A DNA stretch of 64,000 bases from Patescibacteria group bacterium. Its GTDB lineage: Bacteria > Patescibacteriota > SICC01. Every line of letters starts with the position of its first letter. Within the stretch, counting starts at the first letter, position 1. The DNA lies in the NCBI GenBank assembly GCA_040902515.1, contig JBBDXB010000006.1, forward strand, positions 66,219 to 130,218, given 5' to 3'. Under the pieces are notes generated by a model. That model ran no database searches. It had not been told where the DNA came from and worked only from the letters and a program-made list of their open reading frames with translations. Below, piece after piece: positions 55,501 through 64,000 of the stretch. Position numbers and translations under genes: made by a program.

Positions 55501-56307
55501 TTATGCGAGACGGTTGCGGATCCAGTCGATGATTCGTGAAAGCCATGAGGTGTCTTCGGCGTCATCCGAGGCGCTGCTGACCTTGAGTGCCGGCGCGGGC
55601 GTCGGGTCGGAAGTCGGGGTCGCCGCGGTCAACCGCGGGTCACGGCCGGCGCCATGCCGGACCAGCCAGTCGTCCGGATTGTACCATTCGGCCCGGAGGT
55701 GCTCACGCGTCTGTTCGTACCCGTCGAAATCCAACGCCGGACCCTTGTGGATGCCGAAGTGCAGGTGCTTGCGTGCGCCGCTGGTTTCCGCGGAGAAGTT
55801 CTTGCCGAGGAACGCTACCGTCTGCCCGGCCGTGACCCGCTGGCCGGTCCGGACGCGGACGTCGCTGAGCCGGACGTGGCCGTAGAGCGACGTCACGACC
55901 TCCGGTTCATGGTGCCGGACGACCACCAGACCGCCGTACCCCGGTACGGTGCCGACATAGATGACCTCTCCGTTCGCGATCGCCCTCACGGGAATCTCAC
56001 TCCGCGCATCCTGCCCGGAGTAGAACTCCACGTCCGCGCCGGCATGGAATCCGGTGAACTGGTTGCGCAGGCCGTTATGCGGGAAGAGGTCGCGGCGGCG
56101 TTCGTGGTAGGCACGGTCGACCAGCACGTCGAAGCCCTTGAGCGTCTGGTTCTCGAAGTAGCGCTCGACGGGAAGGACGACTGGCGCGGCGGCATGGACT
56201 GGAGCTGGGCCGGCTAAAGCCAGAACGACAACATTCACAACTGCGATGACGTAAGTTGTCACAATGCCTGAACGTATATATTTCGCTAAAGCCATATGCC
56301 GACCCAA
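55501..56307 (-). CDS. M23 (LytM) family metallopeptidase
   Basis: N-terminal TM, HxxxD motif (GFHAGADV), and HxH motif (HLHFGIH). Confidence 0.7.
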   Translation of the reverse strand: MGRHMALAKYIRSGIVTTYVIAVVNVVVLALAGPAPVHAAAPVVLPVERYFENQTLKGFDVLVDRAYHERRRDLFPHNGLRNQFTGFHAGADVEFYSGQDARSEIPVRAIANGEVIYVGTVPGYGGLVVVRHHEPEVVTSLYGHVRLSDVRVRTGQRVTAGQTVAFLGKNFSAETSGARKHLHFGIHKGPALDFDGYEQTREHLRAEWYNPDDWLVRHGAGRDPRLTAATPTSDPTPAPALKVSSASDDAEDTSWLSRIIDWIRNRLA

Positions 56308-56409
56308 GGTAATTCAACTAAGGCCAGAAACCCACTAACCAACCGTGGAGAAGTTATTTTATCTTCTGTTGGCTGTACTTTCTAAACCAAACGGAAACAA
56401 TGTAATTAC

Positions 56410-56438
56410 TTGACGAAACGATGAAAATATGCTTTAAT
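56410..56438 (+). promoter_or_regulatory. Putative promoter TTGACG-N17-TTTAAT upstream of xfp
   Basis: An AT-rich intergenic region with -35/-10-like hexamers. This placement argues for the xfp start at ATG 56475 rather than 56421. Confidence 0.4.
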
Positions 56439-56474
56439 AACACAATTTTGCCGGAATCGGACACCGCCTACGCC

Positions 56475-58868
56475 ATGCAACAGAAACGCAAACGACAACT
56501 CGACGCCTACCTCCGCGCGGCCAACTACCTGTCGGCCGCCCAGGTCTACCTCAAGGACAACTTCCTGCTCAACCGGCCGCTCGTGCCCGAAGACATCAAG
56601 CCGCGGCTGCTCGGCCACTGGGGATCCAGCCCGGGCATCAACTTCATATACGCGCACCTCAACGAGCTGATCCGCCGCGAGGGTTCGGAAATCCTGTTCG
56701 TGATGGGTCCCGGCCACGCCTACGCCGCCCTGCAGGCGAACCTGTTCCTCGAGGGTTCGCTGGAGAAGTTCTACCCGAAGGCGAAGCGGAACGCCGCCGG
56801 CGTCAGCTACATCGTGAAGGAGTTCAGCTGGCCGTACGGGTTCCCCAGCCACTCCAACCCCGGCACGCCCGGCGTGATCCTCGAGGGCGGCGAGCTCGGC
56901 TACGCGCTCTCCACCGCTTACGGCGCCGCGCTCGACAACCCGGACCTGATCGTCGCCACGGTGATCGGTGACGGCGAGGCCGAGACCGGCCCGACCGCCA
57001 CCGCCTGGCACCTGAACAAGCTGCTCGACCCGGCCACCTCCGGCGCGGTCCTGCCGATCATCCATCTCAACGAATACAAGATCTCCGGCCCGACGATCTA
57101 CGGCCGGATGTCGGACGCCGAACTCAAGCAGCTCTTCCGCGGCTACGGCTACGAGCCGATCTTCGTCCGCGGCAGCGCGGGCCGGACGCCGCACGACCGG
57201 ATGCACGACGCGCTCCAGGCCAGTTATCGGAAGATCCGGAAGGTCCAGCAGGCGGCACGGAAGGACCGGAGCCGGAACGCCGGCCGCAACACCACAGGGA
57301 ACGGCACCGAAACCGTCCGGCCCAGGTGGCCGCTGATCATCCTCCGGACCCCGAAAGGATGGACCGGCATCAAGCGGCTCGACGGCGAGCCGGTCGAAGG
57401 CAGCTTCCGCTCGCACCAGGTGGTCGCGCCGGACGTCCGCGACAACCCGGCGCACCTGGCCGCGCTCGAACGCTGGCTCCGCTCCTACCGGTTCGACGAA
57501 CTCTTCGATCCGCGGCGCGGCTTCACGGCCGACGTCCGGGTGAACGTTCCCGCTGGCCGAAAGCGCATGGGTCTCAGTCGCCACACTCACGGCGAGCGAC
57601 GGAAGTCACTGAAGCTGCCGAACCCCGCTTCGCTGGCAGTCCGGCCGCAGCAGCCCGGCGAGCTGGCAAACGGCGGCATGCACTACGTGGGTGACTACCT
57701 CAAGGAGACGTTCGCCAAGAACCGCCGCACCAAGAACCTCCGGATCTTCTCGCCCGACGAGACCTACTCGAACCGGCTCGACAAGGTATTCGATGAGACC
57801 GCCCGCGCCTGGCAGTGGCCGCTCAAGTCCGCCGACGTGGACATGGCCCGCGACGGGCGCGTGATGGAGATGCTCTCCGAACACTCACTGCAGGGTATGC
57901 TCCAGGGCTACGCGCTCACCGGCCGGTACGGCCTGTTCGCCTCGTACGAAGCCTTCATCCAGATCGTCACCAGCATGGTCGACCAGTACGCGAAGTTCGT
58001 GAAGATCGCCCGGACGATTCCGTGGCGGAAGCCGAACCCGTCGCTGACCTACCTCCTGACTTCGTCCGCCTGGCGGCAGGAGCACAACGGCTTCTCCCAC
58101 CAGAACCCCGGCTTCATCGACGACCTGCTGCAGCGGCACGGCGACTTCATCACCGTCTACTTCCCGCCCGATGGCAACGCCACGTTGGCGGCGCTCGACG
58201 AAAGCCTCCGCTCGACCGACCGGATCAACGCGCTGGTCGTCGCCAAGAAGAACCAGCACATCTGGTTGCCGTACGCCGACGCCAAGCGCGGGATGCAGGA
58301 CGGGCTCGCGACCTGGCGGTTCGCCTCCGACGCGCGGCCTGACCTGGTCTTCGCCGCGGCCGGCGGACACCTCACTACGGAAACGCTGGCGGCGCTGGCG
58401 ATCGTCAAGGAGGAGGTACCAAGCGCCCGTCTACGGTTCGTCTCGATCGCCGCGCTCTCCGACTGCGGGTTCGGGCCGGCCGGCCGGAAGGTCGGCGAGG
58501 CCGCCTTCCAACGCCACTTCACGAACGACAAACCGGTGATCGTCAACTTCCACGGCTACCCCGAGACCCTCAAGTCCATCCTCTTCGACTACGAACGCCG
58601 GGCGGGACGCTTCTCCGTGCACGGCTACCTTGAGTCCGGCTCCACTACCACGCCGTTCGACATGCACGTACGGAACGAGACCGACCGCTACCACCTGGCG
58701 ATGGAAGCCTTCGGCCGGCTGGCCGACCAGAAGGCCCTGGACCGCCGCACCGCGAACGCGCTCCGTAAGAAGTACGCCGCGAAGCTCGCCGCCGAACGGC
58801 GCTATATCGTCGACCACGGAATCGACCCGAAACACATCGAGGAGTGGCAATGGCCGGATCCGTCCTGA
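56475..58868 (+). CDS. xfp: Xylulose-5-phosphate/fructose-6-phosphate phosphoketolase (ORF open from 56421; the likely start MQQKRK matches the Xfp N-terminus)
   Basis: TPP-dependent phosphoketolase signatures (GHWGSSPG, EGGELGY), about 800 aa. Confidence 0.85.
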   Translation: MQQKRKRQLDAYLRAANYLSAAQVYLKDNFLLNRPLVPEDIKPRLLGHWGSSPGINFIYAHLNELIRREGSEILFVMGPGHAYAALQANLFLEGSLEKFYPKAKRNAAGVSYIVKEFSWPYGFPSHSNPGTPGVILEGGELGYALSTAYGAALDNPDLIVATVIGDGEAETGPTATAWHLNKLLDPATSGAVLPIIHLNEYKISGPTIYGRMSDAELKQLFRGYGYEPIFVRGSAGRTPHDRMHDALQASYRKIRKVQQAARKDRSRNAGRNTTGNGTETVRPRWPLIILRTPKGWTGIKRLDGEPVEGSFRSHQVVAPDVRDNPAHLAALERWLRSYRFDELFDPRRGFTADVRVNVPAGRKRMGLSRHTHGERRKSLKLPNPASLAVRPQQPGELANGGMHYVGDYLKETFAKNRRTKNLRIFSPDETYSNRLDKVFDETARAWQWPLKSADVDMARDGRVMEMLSEHSLQGMLQGYALTGRYGLFASYEAFIQIVTSMVDQYAKFVKIARTIPWRKPNPSLTYLLTSSAWRQEHNGFSHQNPGFIDDLLQRHGDFITVYFPPDGNATLAALDESLRSTDRINALVVAKKNQHIWLPYADAKRGMQDGLATWRFASDARPDLVFAAAGGHLTTETLAALAIVKEEVPSARLRFVSIAALSDCGFGPAGRKVGEAAFQRHFTNDKPVIVNFHGYPETLKSILFDYERRAGRFSVHGYLESGSTTTPFDMHVRNETDRYHLAMEAFGRLADQKALDRRTANALRKKYAAKLAAERRYIVDHGIDPKHIEEWQWPDPS

Positions 58869-60019
58869 TCGTCAATCCCGGCAGTTCCTCGAAAAAGCTG
58901 GCGCTGTATCGCGGCACGCGGCAGGTCGCCTGCGCGCACATCGAGCATGAGGGCGGCGGGGTGACCGCCGCGCTGGAGCTCGCCGGGACGGCATCGACCC
59001 ACCGGCTTTCGACCGACACGTTCGCACGCGGCACCGACTGGTTCCTGCGCCGAGCGGAACGGGCCGGCGTGCTCCGGAACGCATCGGACGTCTCCGCCGT
59101 GGGACTGCGGACCGTCGCGTCCGGCGAAGCGTTCCGGCGCCACCGGATGATCGACGAACACTACGAACGCCAGCTCCGGACGGCGTACGAGCGAAGCCCG
59201 CTGCACCTCGGGCCCGCCCTCGCGGAACTCGACCACGCCCGAGACGTCCTGCCGCACGTGCCGGTCGTCGGCGTCTCGGACAGCGCCTTCCACCTGACGC
59301 TGCCGGAAACCGCCCGCCGCTACGCGATCCCCGCCGGCGACGCGGAACGTCGCGGCCTGTTCCGCTACGGGTTCCACGGGATATCGGTCGGCTCGGTCGT
59401 TCGGACCGTCCGCCGCGAGCTGGGCCGCATGCCGGCCCGCACGGTCGTCTGCCACCTGGGCAGCGGCGCCAGCATTACCGCCCTTCAGCGCGGTAAGAGC
59501 GTGGACACCTCGATGGGCGCGACGCCGATGGAAGGATTGATCATGGCGACCCGTGCCGGAGACGTCGACCCCGGCATCCTCCTGGAGATGGCTCACGAAC
59601 GCTCGGCGCGCCAGGTCGAGACGGACCTCAACCGTCACTCCGGGCTGCTCGCCCTCGGCGGCAGCGACGACATCCGCGAGCTCCTGAAACGGGAACGCAA
59701 GGGTGATTCCCGCGCCAAGCTGGCGCTCGACACCTATGCCTACCGGGTCCGCAAGTACATCGGCGCGTACGCCGCCGTACTGGGCGGCCTGGACCTGCTG
59801 GTCTTCACCGGCACGGTCGGCGAGCGCTCGGTACCGATGCGTAAGCGCATCTGCCGCGACCTCGACTACCTCGGCGTCCGGCTGGACGCCGCCAGGAACC
59901 GGAAGACCGATACGGCCTTCGCCGCGATCAATGCCCCCCGGACAAAGGCCCGCGTGCTGGTCGTCCCGACCGACGAGCTGGGCGAGATGGCCCGGGCGAC
60001 CACGGCCCTGCTCGCATAG
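58850..60019 (+). CDS. ackA: Acetate kinase
   Basis: N-terminal LIVNPGSSS. GAGGAG RBS 6 nt upstream. It overlaps the xfp end, indicating an operon. Confidence 0.85.
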   Translation: MAGSVLIVNPGSSSKKLALYRGTRQVACAHIEHEGGGVTAALELAGTASTHRLSTDTFARGTDWFLRRAERAGVLRNASDVSAVGLRTVASGEAFRRHRMIDEHYERQLRTAYERSPLHLGPALAELDHARDVLPHVPVVGVSDSAFHLTLPETARRYAIPAGDAERRGLFRYGFHGISVGSVVRTVRRELGRMPARTVVCHLGSGASITALQRGKSVDTSMGATPMEGLIMATRAGDVDPGILLEMAHERSARQVETDLNRHSGLLALGGSDDIRELLKRERKGDSRAKLALDTYAYRVRKYIGAYAAVLGGLDLLVFTGTVGERSVPMRKRICRDLDYLGVRLDAARNRKTDTAFAAINAPRTKARVLVVPTDELGEMARATTALLA

Positions 60020-60120
60020 CAACGCCTTTTCCTGTACGCTGAATGCGTCGTTAAAGTTAAGTCAGAGTCGTAGCGCAGGTCCAGGCCGAGGCTCCTCTGC
60101 ACAAGAAAGGAGCCACCACC

Positions 60121-60369
60121 ATGGCAAAAGAACTATTCGTCGGGAATCTCCCGTTTAGCACGACCAACGAGTCGCTGCAGCAGCATTTCGCGAGCTATAA
60201 CCCGACCGCCGCGAGCGTGATCACTGATCGGGACTCGGGTCGCAGCCGCGGCTTCGGTTTCGTGAAGTTCGATGACGACGCGCAGGCCGACAAGGCCGTC
60301 GAAGAGCTCAACGGCAAGGAGATCGATGGTCGCCCGCTGACCGTGCGCGAAGCACGTCCGCGCGAGTAA
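60121..60369 (+). CDS. RRM-type RNA-binding protein
   Basis: RNP-2 LFVGNL and RNP-1 RGFGFVKF, with a strong AAAGGAG RBS 11 nt upstream. Confidence 0.8.
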   Translation: MAKELFVGNLPFSTTNESLQQHFASYNPTAASVITDRDSGRSRGFGFVKFDDDAQADKAVEELNGKEIDGRPLTVREARPRE

Positions 60370-60386
60370 TCGCCGAACAGACAATG

Positions 60387-60420
60387 CATAAAGGCGCATC
60401 CTCGGATGCGCCTTTATCGT
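60387..60420. terminator. Bidirectional intrinsic terminator between the RRM gene and cmk
   Basis: 12-bp perfect stem AAAGGCGCATCC-TCG-GGATGCGCCTTT flanked by A/T runs on both strands. Confidence 0.65.
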
Positions 60421-60421
60421 G

Positions 60422-61111
60422 CTACGTGCCCTTGAGATACTCGAGTGCGCGCTCGAATACCTCGTCCGGAGTCATGTCGGTGGTGTCGATGATCAGTGCG
60501 TCTTCCGCCGGACGGAGCGGGTCATGCTTCCGGTTCATATCCCGCTCATCCCGCCGGTTCACGTCGGCGAGGATGGTTTCGTAATCCGCATCGATGCCCC
60601 TGTCCTGCAGCTCCTTCACCCGTCGCGCAGCCCGCACCTCGGGCGACGCGGTGAGGTAGATCTTGTACCGGGCATCCGGCACCGTCACGGTGCCGATGTC
60701 GCGGCCGTCCATCACGACGTCGCCCTCCTTGGCGAACGCCCGCTGCACCCGGTGGACGTGATCGCGTACCGTCCGGTAGGCGCTCACCCGGGAGGCTGCC
60801 TCGCCACCCTCATGGCTGCGGAGCTTTTGCACGTCGGCCGGCTTGCCGTTGATGAAGAGCCCGGCCGGGTGCCGGAGCTCGAATCTGAGCCCATGGATGA
60901 TCCGTTCGCACATGGCTTCGTCGTCAAGATCCGCTCCGGCCTCCGCCACCGCCAGTCCGCCCGCACGGTACATCAGGCCGGTATCCAAAAGCGGCCACCC
61001 CAGATGCTCCGCGAGCCGCCTGCTGAGACTGCCTTTGCCGGATGCGTTCGGACCGTCGATCGCGACGACTGAACGCTTGGCCGGCGTATCGTTCGTGTGC
61101 GTTTCGTTCAT
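60422..61111 (-). CDS. cmk: Cytidylate kinase (canonical)
   Basis: P-loop AIDGPNASGKGS, and MDGRDIGTV and NRRD motifs. Confidence 0.85.
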   Translation of the reverse strand: MNETHTNDTPAKRSVVAIDGPNASGKGSLSRRLAEHLGWPLLDTGLMYRAGGLAVAEAGADLDDEAMCERIIHGLRFELRHPAGLFINGKPADVQKLRSHEGGEAASRVSAYRTVRDHVHRVQRAFAKEGDVVMDGRDIGTVTVPDARYKIYLTASPEVRAARRVKELQDRGIDADYETILADVNRRDERDMNRKHDPLRPAEDALIIDTTDMTPDEVFERALEYLKGT

Positions 61112-61338
61112 GCGTATGTACCGCTGATGCGTTCCCGACGCACCTCATCAATCGTACCCGAAATGGGGCGCCGCTTCCCTTTCGACCCGAACTTCCCGGG
61201 TCTCGTCAGTCGCTAGGCGAGAGGGAGCCGAGAATGAAAACTGGAGTTACCAGAAACTATTCTCGGCGGGCAAGCAGAAAGGATGATATGTCCTGGTTCT
61301 TGCCGTGGTTTTTTAGGGTGGTGCTAGGTGCCGACGGG

Positions 61339-62181
61339 CTAGGGAGCGATACCCTCGAGGGCCGCGGCCACCCAGTGGTAGTCCTCGCCGATCGACGCCA
61401 GGACCTGCTCGGTCTCGCTGAAGTCGCCGGCGTCGACGAAATCGCGGAACCGCTGCTTGTCCTTCATGGCGTTCTCGTCACCGCCCGGCCAGATGCGCCA
61501 GGAGTCGTTGTCGATGACGTCGGCCACGACGATCCGGCCATCGCCGGTGATGCCGCACTCGATCTTGAGGTCGACAAGCGTGATGTCGATGCCCGCCAGC
61601 GCCCGCTCGAGCGCGAGGAACGTCCACTCCCCGAGCCGCTTGAGCTCCTGGGTCTGGTCGAGCGTCAGGCCGAACGGCAGCCCGGGCACGTCGTCGATGA
61701 ACGAGCCGGGCTCGTACATCGGCTGCTTGGCCTCGAACAGGAGCGTCTGGTCCGTGATCGGATTCACCACCATCAGCGGATCGCCGGCATCGTCGTCCTT
61801 CTTGAAGAACTCGACCCGGACCGGCTCGAAGCGATACTTCGGCGCGATGACCGGGTGGCGCTTCAGGAACGACCCGTACGCCACCCGCCGCATCACGATC
61901 TCGATGGGAATCATCGTGACGGCCTTCGCCCGGAACGTGCGCTCATCGACACGACCCCTGAAGTGGGTCGGGATGTTCGCCGCCTCCAGGAGCAGGAACG
62001 TCGCGCAGGTCGTGGTCGTCGCGGCCACACCCTTCCCGGTGAGAAGCTCGTGCCCCTCGCCGTCGTTGGCGGTGATGTCGTCCTTGGACTCGAGGAGTAC
62101 GGAGCCCGGATCGTCCGGATCCTTCCAGACCCGCTTGGTCTTGCCCTTGATCACCAGCTCTTTCTCTTGCGTATCCGTCAT
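61339..62181 (-). CDS. purC: Phosphoribosylaminoimidazole-succinocarboxamide synthase (280 aa from MTDTQEK; the longer ORF to 62517 is an artefact)
   Basis: SAICAR synthetase motifs (LLLEAANIPTHF; VDLKIECG). AAGGA RBS before ATG 62181. Confidence 0.8.
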   Translation of the reverse strand: MTDTQEKELVIKGKTKRVWKDPDDPGSVLLESKDDITANDGEGHELLTGKGVAATTTTCATFLLLEAANIPTHFRGRVDERTFRAKAVTMIPIEIVMRRVAYGSFLKRHPVIAPKYRFEPVRVEFFKKDDDAGDPLMVVNPITDQTLLFEAKQPMYEPGSFIDDVPGLPFGLTLDQTQELKRLGEWTFLALERALAGIDITLVDLKIECGITGDGRIVVADVIDNDSWRIWPGGDENAMKDKQRFRDFVDAGDFSETEQVLASIGEDYHWVAAALEGIAP

Positions 62182-62185
62182 GTGA

Positions 62186-62692
62186 TTATCCTTTCGATGT
62201 CCGTAGGTTGAGTTGCGGGGACTTGACGGTGTTGCGGTAGTACTCGCGGAACCGCTCGTACTGGACGTTGTCCATGTCGACGATCTGGCCCGCGAGCCAG
62301 GCCGCGTTCTTGAGTCCGGGCTTGTCGATCCCGGTGAACGCCACCGGGACGCCGGGCGGCATGCGGCAGATCGCCAGCAGGGCGTCGAGACCGTCCAGGT
62401 TGTCACTGGAGAGCGCGACCCCGACGACCGGCGTAGCAAGGCGACCCTGCGCCAGCAGCTGGGAGACGACCGCCCCCGGCAGCGCTGCCGACAGGCCGGC
62501 GACGGCGATGTAGACACCCACCGATTGTATCTCGATGTACTCCTTGAGGTCGTCGGGATTGCGGTGCGCCGAGATCACCGAGACGGTCCAACTCGCGCCG
62601 GCACCATCGAGGATGTCGGTCATGCCTGACTTCTCCACGATCTCGAGGTCGCTCGCGCTCCCGACGATGATCGCGACGTCCGGATTCTGCAT
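62186..62692 (-). CDS. purE: N5-CAIR mutase / AIR carboxylase catalytic subunit
   Basis: IIVGSASD and SAHR motifs, 168 aa, 4 nt upstream of purC. Confidence 0.85.
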   Translation of the reverse strand: MQNPDVAIIVGSASDLEIVEKSGMTDILDGAGASWTVSVISAHRNPDDLKEYIEIQSVGVYIAVAGLSAALPGAVVSQLLAQGRLATPVVGVALSSDNLDGLDALLAICRMPPGVPVAFTGIDKPGLKNAAWLAGQIVDMDNVQYERFREYYRNTVKSPQLNLRTSKG

Positions 62693-62828
62693 AATGTTCC
62701 TTTCTTGGTCGGTTGGCAGTCAGGGTCATCGGCACGGAACGCGATCACCCATTCCCGCCAACCGGGTGTGAAGGTACGACTTATCAGGATACCCTCTCTG
62801 GCGGGCAAACCAAACCGTCCCGGCCTGC

Positions 62829-63356
62829 CTACCCCCAGCCTTCGTCGCGCGCTTGCCGGAGCTTGGTACGCCGCTCCTCGATCTGGTCACGCAGGTCCGG
62901 CCGTGCCCGCCACAACATTTCGCAATGCTCCAAGAGTCCGTAAAGGCGCTCCCGGTTCTGGATCAGGGCAAGGTCGGAATCGGTTTCCCACACGGAAACA
63001 GTCATCGGCTCCTCTGTTCCCCGTTCCCGCACCTCGATGCGCAGCAGATCGGGAGCCTTGGGATCTTCGCTCGGTGCCCGGGCGTCCAATCTGCCCCGAT
63101 ACGTCTTCCCGCCGACCCACCAGGCGACGTCAGTGCAATCGGTGATATCCACCGGCTCGAACGATCCTTCGAGTCCGGACTTGTCGGGCGGACGCTCCGG
63201 CTTACATTTCAGCAGCGCCGCCCGGCGGCGCTTTTCCGTCTGAAGCTGATCCATCGAAAGCCCCCTGAATTTGTGCATCAGCGTGCGTATGGATGTCTCG
63301 GTCCCATCCAGGGGATGGGGCGTGGGGCGTTCGGGGGTCCGAGTGCGCTTGTTCAT
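62829..63356 (-). CDS. Hypothetical protein
   Basis: A 175-aa ORF with no motif recognised. Confidence 0.35.
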   Translation of the reverse strand: MNKRTRTPERPTPHPLDGTETSIRTLMHKFRGLSMDQLQTEKRRRAALLKCKPERPPDKSGLEGSFEPVDITDCTDVAWWVGGKTYRGRLDARAPSEDPKAPDLLRIEVRERGTEEPMTVSVWETDSDLALIQNRERLYGLLEHCEMLWRARPDLRDQIEERRTKLRQARDEGWG

Positions 63357-63368
63357 ATGGATTCATGG

Positions 63369-63536
63369 TTACCCTACCGGCCTCCCGGGACGCTTCGCCT
63401 TGCGGATCCCACCGGTCTCATCCTTGGTAACCCGGGTTCCGTCCGGCTTCACCTTCTTGACGGGTTCCACTTTCACGCTTTCCGCCCGCATGCGGACGAC
63501 TTCGTCTCCGGCCCGAGTATCCTTGTCGGCAATCAT
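63369..63536 (-). CDS. Small basic protein (55 aa from ATG; the track ORF start is actually the RBS)
   Basis: GGGAGG Shine-Dalgarno 7 nt upstream of the ATG. Lys/Arg-rich. Confidence 0.4.
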   Translation of the reverse strand: MIADKDTRAGDEVVRMRAESVKVEPVKKVKPDGTRVTKDETGGIRKAKRPGRPVG

Positions 63537-63662
63537 GGCATTACCTCCCACCGACCATGCTAAGCGATGCGCCCGCTACCGTAACCGATATTCCTCCAAA
63601 AACCGGCTTCCCGGAATGAGCCCGCTCGGCATTCTGCACAAGACGCCTGGTGCGCCAATCCG

Positions 63663-63989
63663 TCAGATCCGGTAGAAGGGATCGATACCGAGCGCGGACA
63701 GCGCCACGTTCACGACCAGATAGGCCGTGAATACGATGACCAACCCGATGATCGCGCTGAAGAAAGTCTTTGCGGCCCGGGCGCGCGCTTCATCCCTGCC
63801 GAAGGACAGGATGAACATGATGCCCGAGATGATGATGAAAAGGACCGCCAGGATGCCGGCCCCGATAAATAGGATATTGAAGACCTGCGCTACCAGGGTA
63901 TCGAATACGAATCCGGGTTCTGTCGCGATCGGATTCGGGACCGCGGGGTCACCCAGCGGCGCAGGCGCTTGCGCGAGTATATGTGCCAT
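63663..63989 (-). CDS. Small two-TM membrane protein; a conjugative-pilin (TrbC/VirB2)-like topology is possible
   Basis: 108 aa, two long hydrophobic helices separated by a charged loop. Confidence 0.4.
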   Translation of the reverse strand: MAHILAQAPAPLGDPAVPNPIATEPGFVFDTLVAQVFNILFIGAGILAVLFIIISGIMFILSFGRDEARARAAKTFFSAIIGLVIVFTAYLVVNVALSALGIDPFYRI

Positions 63990-64000
63990 GGCACCACGCT

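Noticed and set aside
56406-57590. 394-aa minus-strand ORF antisense to xfp
   Set aside because: Antisense artefact. xfp has unambiguous TPP-phosphoketolase motifs.
62182-62517. 112-codon N-terminal extension of purC
   Set aside because: Ser/Thr/Arg-rich and overlaps purE. The ATG at 62181 has an AAGGA RBS and gives the canonical PurC N-terminus.
62693-62828. Possible ZTP (pfl) or purine riboswitch upstream of purE
   Set aside because: I looked for the conserved pfl elements (GGGAAACCACCGGGGAGCGACC / CCGCCUGGGCA) and the purine-riboswitch junction motifs on the minus strand and did not find convincing matches. It remains untested without a covariance search.
1-64000. CRISPR arrays, rRNA genes, transposases or integrases
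   Set aside because: No regularly spaced direct repeats, no rRNA-like conserved segments, and no DDE or tyrosine-recombinase motifs were seen. The low-GC island lacks recognisable mobility genes or flanking direct repeats by eye.

Overview
This is a high-GC (roughly mid-60s %), very gene-dense stretch of bacterial chromosome carrying about 65 protein genes and 2 tRNAs. Almost everything from about 3.6 kb to 36.4 kb, and most of the remainder, is transcribed on the minus strand in tightly packed, often overlapping, operon-like arrays. Content is mostly housekeeping: trxA-trxB, cca, a glycolytic block (archaeal-type pgi/pmi, eno, two tandem gpmI), obg-mltG-ruvX, an FtsA-like gene, a short alaS, mnmA, pyrD, tatD, metG, rsmI, glmS, rsmA, pcrA, glyA, tsaC, rpmA, pyrG, rplI, ctpA, dinB, ftsEX, xfp-ackA, cmk, purC and purE. 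There are also many secreted cell-wall hydrolases (three coiled-coil CHAP or cysteine-peptidase proteins and an M23 peptidase). Several features fit a reduced-genome, Gram-positive-type-envelope lineage, possibly Patescibacteria/CPR-like, though this cannot be verified here: an AlaRS lacking the C-Ala domain, an archaeal-type bifunctional PGI/PMI, phosphoketolase plus acetate kinase, FtsA without an adjacent FtsZ, and few strong Shine-Dalgarno sites. The most conspicuous anomaly is a roughly 3 kb low-GC insertion (about 22.08-25.12 kb) just upstream of alaS. It encodes three overlapping minus-strand genes: an archaeal-type adenylate kinase (AdkA-like), a Ham1/ITPase-family non-canonical NTP pyrophosphatase, and a 578-aa protein with no recognisable domains. 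This is my best candidate for an undescribed nucleotide-targeting module, either defensive or pool-sanitising. Other notable points are three tandem MFS paralogs with His-rich N-termini inserted into the conserved rsmI-metG-tatD array, an FtsEX/PcsB-like cell-wall hydrolase cluster, a perfect palindromic operator upstream of a small-ORF-dinB operon (umuD/YolD-like arrangement), a divergent pseudo-Cmk paralog, and a leaderless glmS. No rRNA, CRISPR array, transposase or integrase was detected.
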